IMG/VR virus record: IMGVR_UViG_3300031566_000095
Strand: one strand, 5' to 3'
Length of the DNA stretch: 44,494 bases
From: a virus
The notes under the pieces are model-generated. The model worked only from the letters and a program-made list of their open reading frames with translations, was not told where the DNA came from and ran no database searches. This document shows, piece by piece, positions 39,585 through 44,494 of this stretch. Made by a program: the position numbers and the translations under genes. Numbering within the stretch: position 1 is the stretch's first letter; each line of letters begins with the position of its first letter.

Positions 39585-40775
39585 TCACCCTATACTCGTG
39601 GCCGGCCCGTCGCGGATGGGCGGCAGGCGGGACGCCAGCTTGTCGCGCAAGATAGGCTTGAACCACACTCGTTTCGCCGCCCCATAGCCGCCGTTCTTCG
39701 CATAGATCCGGCGCAGCCGCTGGGCCTCCGCGATCAGGCCCTCCCAGAGATCCGCCGCGACGGGCGGCGCCAGGCCCGATTGCACGACGCGATCGAACGC
39801 CGCCCCCAGGCAGCCCATGTCCTGGGCATACTGCCGCGTCCCGTCGATCTTCGGTCCGCCGAGGGCCTGATAGACCCGCTCCGCCGCCTGGCGGCTGGCC
39901 GGGTTGCAGCGCCGTCGAATTCCCGCCACGGCGTGGCTGATGTGCGTCGGGTCATCGGCATGAACCGGCCGCGGGGGGGGCGGATGAATGGGAATCACCC
40001 GTGGCCCCCCCGGGTCGGAAGAGGTCGGACAAATCGGCGGGGTGGTGGTCGGGGCAAGGGCGGTTCGTATTCCGGATGGCCCTTGTGCTGTGGCCTGCCC
40101 CTGCGCGTTGTCTTCTCGTTGCGTGACGGCTTCGCCTTCGGTTGGATTGGTCGGATCCGAGGACGAAGTCCGAGGATCTTTGTTTAAATTAGTATTCCGA
40201 TTCCGATTGTTTTCCGATTCTTGAATGCTTTTTGAATTTTCCGAAACGTTTTTGAATTTTCCGAAACGTTTTGAAATTGCCTTGGCGGAGGGCTTCAAAG
40301 CCCTCCGTTGGGGCTTTTGGCGTTTGCCCTTGCCATCGCGTCTGTCATCCTGTGCTCCATCCTGCGACGGCTCTTGGACCGGCCGCTCGAAGGCGGGGCA
40401 CTCGACACACTCCAAAAGCCCGACGCGCTTGAGCGCCGCGAGTGTCTGCTTCATCACCGGCACCGACAGGTGCAGCCGCGCGGCCAGTTTGGCCAGGCCC
40501 AGCGGCTGCTGATCGGCGTCGAGCAGATAGCCCCGCAGCCAGTTCTCCTGGGTCGCCGTCAAGCGGCACAGTCGCCAGAAGCGGCCCTCGTAGGCGTCCC
40601 GCTGCTCGGGATAGTAATGCTCCAGTTCGATGAGCTGGCTCAGAAAGCCCGTCGATTCGTTGCTCTTGTCCTTGGTCGTGGCGGTCACAAACATCCGCAC
40701 GTAATCCAGCCCGCCCTGCCGGACGTACCCTTCCATCTCGAACCGCTGGTCGAAGTGAAAGATCCGCCACACCAT
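39585..40775 (-). CDS. wHTH DNA-binding protein, possible replication initiator/organiser
   Basis: N-terminal winged-helix-like region (LAKLAARLHLSVPVMKQTLAALKRVGLL). Long low-complexity linker. Start trimmed to the ATG at 40775, which abuts heptads. Confidence 0.6.
   Translation of the reverse strand: MVWRIFHFDQRFEMEGYVRQGGLDYVRMFVTATTKDKSNESTGFLSQLIELEHYYPEQRDAYEGRFWRLCRLTATQENWLRGYLLDADQQPLGLAKLAARLHLSVPVMKQTLAALKRVGLLECVECPAFERPVQEPSQDGAQDDRRDGKGKRQKPQRRALKPSAKAISKRFGKFKNVSENSKSIQESENNRNRNTNLNKDPRTSSSDPTNPTEGEAVTQREDNAQGQATAQGPSGIRTALAPTTTPPICPTSSDPGGPRVIPIHPPPPRPVHADDPTHISHAVAGIRRRCNPASRQAAERVYQALGGPKIDGTRQYAQDMGCLGAAFDRVVQSGLAPPVAADLWEGLIAEAQRLRRIYAKNGGYGAAKRVWFKPILRDKLASRLPPIRDGPATSIG
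40190..40285. promoter_or_regulatory. AT-rich iteron-like block inside the replication-type gene (ori candidate)
   Basis: Exact 20-bp tandem tttttgaattttccgaaacg at 40229-40248 and 40249-40268. Five TTCCGA boxes between 40195 and 40264. Confidence 0.45.
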
Positions 40776-40777
40776 TG

Positions 40778-40855
40778 AAGATTTTCGATTGACGATTTTC
40801 GATTGACGATTGCTCACAAAGCCACCCGATTAGATTTATGATTTACGATTGTCGC
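40778..40855 (-). repeat. Two heptad arrays
   Basis: gaagatt ttcgatt gacgatt ttcgatt gacgattg (40778-40812), and gattaga tttatga tttacga ttgtcg (40829-40855). Confidence 0.9.
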
Positions 40856-41761
40856 TTGCCCTACCCTCACGTTGGACGTGCCCAGCGCCTCTTCGAACGC
40901 AACTCTTTCCGCAAACTCTACAGGCTGGTCAATTTGCTCGAAGACCAGATGCCCACATTTCCGACAGGGCGGCACGGGTATGGTCGTGTCATCTCCACAC
41001 CCGGTGCACTGCCACCAGGTCTTGACTTCACCCCGTAACTCATGGACGCCGGTCTTAAACAGTCGTCGATGTTCTTTTTCCTCTTGCCGTTCGCGTTCGT
41101 GTTGTTTCTTGAACCTAACCTTAAGGATGCGGTTGCGGGCGTGGCGGCGCTTGCTCGCCTTGCCCGCGTTAAGGCGGAATTTCCGGAGATGTCCCGGAAT
41201 TGTGGCCCATTGATGCGCGACGTTCTCGGCGCGAGTGGCCAGGACGAGATTCTCAGACTCGTCGTTGAGGGTATCGCCATCGCGGTGAATGACAAGAAGG
41301 CCCGGCGGGATCGGCCCATGCTCTTTTTGCCACACGTGGCGGGCATAAGGCATTCGCCTCGAATGCCAGGGGCCGCGGTCGGATAGCTTAATCCAGCGGC
41401 AGGGCTTGCCCCCTTTCTTGGCGATGATATAGATCTCGCCGATCGCCTTGTACTTGGCCGGCCGATTTCCCTTCTTGAATTCAGTGCGCGGCGACAGATG
41501 AATGCCTTTGCGGTTCTTGTTCCAAGTGCGGTGACCCTTTTTGAACCGCGTTTGCACGCCTGTCCGGCTCAGTTTCATGCGGGCCATGTGTCGATATTCC
41601 TCTCTCGATATCCGCGAGAAAATCGCCTTGTAGAGCGTGGTGTAGGCGCACGCATATTCGACCTTGATCTGGCCCAGCGTCGTATCTATGTTTTTGAGCC
41701 GCTCGACAATCAGATCGGCCTCGGCCATCACCCGGTCAGCATTGCCGCGATAGGTTCCCAT
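40814..41761 (-). CDS. HNH endonuclease with C-terminal zinc ribbon
   Basis: HRDGDTLNDESENLVLATRAEN (HNH). CTGCG...CRKCG. Confidence 0.8.
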   Translation of the reverse strand: MGTYRGNADRVMAEADLIVERLKNIDTTLGQIKVEYACAYTTLYKAIFSRISREEYRHMARMKLSRTGVQTRFKKGHRTWNKNRKGIHLSPRTEFKKGNRPAKYKAIGEIYIIAKKGGKPCRWIKLSDRGPWHSRRMPYARHVWQKEHGPIPPGLLVIHRDGDTLNDESENLVLATRAENVAHQWATIPGHLRKFRLNAGKASKRRHARNRILKVRFKKQHERERQEEKEHRRLFKTGVHELRGEVKTWWQCTGCGDDTTIPVPPCRKCGHLVFEQIDQPVEFAERVAFEEALGTSNVRVGQATIVNHKSNRVAL

Positions 41762-41777
41762 AGCTCCTTTTGACGAT

Positions 41778-42578
41778 CTACCCGGTTTTGTGGGCCGCCT
41801 GCAACAGCCCCTCGATCAATAATTGCCTGACGGCTTGTTCGACCGTCTCGGCGGCGGTCCTTTTATCCATCAGGATGTCCAGCTTCGTATTCCACCGTAC
41901 ATATTTCACCTGGCCTTTTTCGAACCCGTGCTCCGCGAAAGACTTGATCGCCACCGCGCTGCAAGGAATCGCTCCTTTGTCCTTATCGAGGTCGAAGTGC
42001 GTGGGCGCCGCGAACGCAGGCTCTGACCCAAGGTCTTTTCGCGTCCCCTCGATAAATATCCGGCGCCGCCGCTGCGGAACGCCGTAACTGGCCGCGTCCA
42101 TCAGGTTGAACCTCACGATATAGCCCTTGCCTTCAAGATCGCCGAGCAGCTCGATAAAAAACTCCTTGAAACTCAATACCCCCGGCACGTTCTCGATGAC
42201 AAAGCAGCACGGCTTGATCTCCCCGACGAGCCGGATGAAATGCCACATCATTTGCGAGCGAGGGTCATCGACGCTGCGGTTCTTATTGCTCCAGGTAAAG
42301 CCCTGGCAGGGTGGGCCGCCGCTCAAAATATCCAGATCGCCCTTCTCGATGCGGGCGGCGGCCAGAATCTCCCGGCCCGAGATCTTCGACAAATCCGCTT
42401 TGATGATTCTGGCCCGGGGGAAATATCGGTTCCTGTTCGCCCCGAGCGTGGCAAGACAGAACTTGTCAATCTCGACCAGGCCGACCACGTCGATACCGGC
42501 CTGCTGGAGGCCCAGGGCCATCCCGCCGGCGCCGGCAAACAGTTCGATGGCCTTTAATTTACGTTTATTCATGTTCAT
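41778..42578 (-). CDS. DNA (cytosine-5) methyltransferase
   Basis: Motif I FAGAGG, motif IV GGPPCQGF, motif VI ENV. Confidence 0.9.
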   Translation of the reverse strand: MNMNKRKLKAIELFAGAGGMALGLQQAGIDVVGLVEIDKFCLATLGANRNRYFPRARIIKADLSKISGREILAAARIEKGDLDILSGGPPCQGFTWSNKNRSVDDPRSQMMWHFIRLVGEIKPCCFVIENVPGVLSFKEFFIELLGDLEGKGYIVRFNLMDAASYGVPQRRRRIFIEGTRKDLGSEPAFAAPTHFDLDKDKGAIPCSAVAIKSFAEHGFEKGQVKYVRWNTKLDILMDKRTAAETVEQAVRQLLIEGLLQAAHKTG

Positions 42579-42584
42579 TCGCGA

Positions 42585-44399
42585 TTACTTCGCGGTAGAC
42601 TTGTCTTCGCAGGCCGAGCACAGGTCCGGCTCGACCCAATGGCAGGGAACACCGTCCACTACGCAGGCCTTCGCATCGGTGCAGCCGCACACGCGGCAGA
42701 CTCGCTTTTTGTCGCCCGCCAGCAGCTCTTGCCACGCCTTCCCGGGCGGACGTCCCTGGCTGGCCGGCGCCTTTTTGGCCTTCGCTTTGACGTTCTTCGG
42801 TTTGGCCGTCTTATCCTTCTCGGCCTTCGGCGTGCCGTCGGCGTTGAGCGAGGCCCACGACTTCGGGACCGTGAAGCCCTTACGAGAGCAGACGTCTTTG
42901 AGCATCCCCTTGAGATCCACGCCGATCAGCCCGGCGATCCATTCGGCCTGTCTCTTTAAGTGATCGGGCGTTTGACTGATCGGCCCAATCCACGTGAGCT
43001 CAGCGTCCAATGTGGACTTGAAACTTTCCCAAAGGGATTCCCGTGCCTTCATCGCCGGATCTTTCGCCTTGAGAATCAATTTGAGTTGTTGCTGTCTGCC
43101 TTCCCTCATCATCCTGACTGGAGAGTTTCCGTAAACAGCGACGAGCGCCATTAGCCCCGTCATTTTGTCTTTGCACGTGATCTGCGAGACTTCGGTTGCC
43201 CCCACTTTTGCTCGCAGATCGAGCAACGTCTGCGCCGATCGCTTCGCGTCGAGCTGGACCTGGCGTTCTTTCAGAGGCGTCGGCCGGCCAGGCGTGCGGA
43301 CCCGCTTGCTTTCGCCGGAAGACATCGCCGTCGGCTTGATGTAGGTGAGCTGGCCCGAGGCCGTTCCATTGATATACATCGCGGGGATGGCCCCCACCGT
43401 GCTTTTGGACACGATCTTATAAGCGTACTTAGAGATGAAGGAACCGAACGCCTTTGCGAGCCTTTCCTCTTCGATATAATCTGCTGCATGTTCCTTGGTG
43501 ATGAGCGTCAGGCTGTTATGCTGATCCTTGAGCTCTTTGGCCCGTCGCTTCAGCCAGCCATCGGTCTTGTTCTGCCAGCAGTACCCATCCAGGCACTGAT
43601 CGCCCGTCTGGGCCTGGTCAGCCATCTCAAACCAGAGCATCGGCTGGTGGCCGCTGCGCTTCGGGCATTCCGTGCAGGCGCCCGCCTTCGGCGCCAGCGT
43701 TCCATCATCGAGCGCCCACGTGGCCTTCGAGAGTAAATGCAGGCTGGCTCCGATCATCGTCTCCAGGTCCCGGGTCGAGCAGTTGCAGGCTTTCTCAAAG
43801 TGCGGTTCCCATGACCCCCGAAGATGCTTGTGCAGATCGGTCTGGATATGCTCCGGCAGCCGTCCGATCAAGGCCAGGTGCGTGAGGCTCCACGTTTGGA
43901 ACATCGGGTGCTTGTCGATATCGGCGAAAATATCCCGCCAGCATTTAGCCAGGTGGCCGTGAATATAGGCCCGGATCCGCACCCATTGTTCGCTCTTGCC
44001 GAGCTTCTGAGCGATCGCTTTGGCGTTGCCGCCGAATCGCTCCATCAGCATCGATACTTCCTGCGCCTGTTCCATCGGTAAAAGGTCTTCGCGGAACGTG
44101 TTTTCGATATAGGTCAGGTCCACGGCCGCCGGATCGTCCATGTCCGAATGGACAATCGCCGGGATCGTCTTCAGGCCCAGGGCCCTGCAGGCGCGATACC
44201 GCCGCTCGCCGGCTCGCAGTTCATAGCCGGCCTTCTTGCCCGACATGAGGCGGACCTGAATCGGGATGCGGACGCCGCCGGCCGCGATACTGGCCTTCAG
44301 TTCTTGAAAACCTTCACTGCCCTCAAGAATGTTGCGTTTGCTGTCCCCCGAGACGACAATGTCCTTCATCGCGATTTCTTGAAATGTTTGGGTTGTCAT
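42585..44399 (-). CDS. ParB-like nuclease-domain protein with Cys-rich C-terminus (604 aa)
   Basis: ELRAGERRYRACRALGLKTIPAIV ParB/Srx-type motif. C-terminal CRVCGCTDAKAC...CHW...CSAC. SD AAGGAAG. Confidence 0.85.
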   Translation of the reverse strand: MTTQTFQEIAMKDIVVSGDSKRNILEGSEGFQELKASIAAGGVRIPIQVRLMSGKKAGYELRAGERRYRACRALGLKTIPAIVHSDMDDPAAVDLTYIENTFREDLLPMEQAQEVSMLMERFGGNAKAIAQKLGKSEQWVRIRAYIHGHLAKCWRDIFADIDKHPMFQTWSLTHLALIGRLPEHIQTDLHKHLRGSWEPHFEKACNCSTRDLETMIGASLHLLSKATWALDDGTLAPKAGACTECPKRSGHQPMLWFEMADQAQTGDQCLDGYCWQNKTDGWLKRRAKELKDQHNSLTLITKEHAADYIEEERLAKAFGSFISKYAYKIVSKSTVGAIPAMYINGTASGQLTYIKPTAMSSGESKRVRTPGRPTPLKERQVQLDAKRSAQTLLDLRAKVGATEVSQITCKDKMTGLMALVAVYGNSPVRMMREGRQQQLKLILKAKDPAMKARESLWESFKSTLDAELTWIGPISQTPDHLKRQAEWIAGLIGVDLKGMLKDVCSRKGFTVPKSWASLNADGTPKAEKDKTAKPKNVKAKAKKAPASQGRPPGKAWQELLAGDKKRVCRVCGCTDAKACVVDGVPCHWVEPDLCSACEDKSTAK

Positions 44400-44494
44400 A
44401 ATTGCTTCCTTTCATGTGTGGTTCCTAAATTGCGTTTATCCGCATTCATCGGCGGTTCCTGTTTCATTCGCCCGCGTCGCCGCGTCCCCCCCCC
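44368..44494. repeat. Terminal overlap, copy 2 (identical to 1..127)
   Basis: Read directly. Confidence 0.95.

Noticed and set aside
1-44494. Alternative genetic code (TGA recoding) suggested by the in-frame TGA at 33399
   Set aside because: TGA is used as a stop at many tightly coupled ATGA gene junctions (1971, 5838, 6454, 6771, 35213, 36433, 36942).
1-44494. Diversity-generating retroelement, retron or other RT-based system
   Set aside because: No ORF shows reverse-transcriptase motifs. The repeat pairs I found are not a template/variable region pair with adenine-specific differences.

Overview
The window is a complete, circularly closed phage genome. Bases 1-127 are identical to 44368-44494, giving a 44,367-bp unit. 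It is GC-rich and looks like a siphovirus. All but one convincing gene are on the minus strand, many with ATGA/TAATG overlaps and AAGGAG-type ribosome-binding sites.

Gene order on the minus strand, reading from high to low coordinates:
- ParB-like protein, cytosine-C5 methyltransferase, HNH endonuclease, wHTH replication-type protein.
- An unusual repeat locus (37.2-39.3 kb).
- A low-GC coiled-coil block and a tandem-AP2 DNA-binding protein.
- A lambda-like packaging and head module: small terminase, GpA-type large terminase, gpW-like protein, portal, S78-type protease/scaffold, decoration-like protein, major capsid.
- Head-tail connectors, major tail protein, a G/GT chaperone with an A-AAA-AAC slippery site, tape measure, and gpM-, gpL- and gpJ-like tail-tip proteins.
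- A promoter-to-terminator lipoprotein moron.
- A divergent control region containing the only plus-strand gene (RHH-like).
- An HNH-AP2 endonuclease, an initiator-like tRNA-Met, a metallopeptidase-like protein, a membrane/lipoprotein cluster, and a radical-SAM gene carrying an HNH insertion footprint.

Two things stand out:
1. Two long, same-polarity arrays poor in A on the plus strand flank a single 207-aa gene (37197-37771 and 38477-39300). They are built from pentamer-phased TGCNN units and a recurring GCCTTTGC octamer. All six frames are open across them.
2. Two short tandem motifs occupy most gene junctions, alone or combined: TTAGCC+(CACAGAGNN)x3, and 7-bp AATCNNN heptad arrays.

I found no integrase, reverse transcriptase, CRISPR array, DNA polymerase or recognisable endolysin. 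All family names come from motif recognition by eye; no database was searched.
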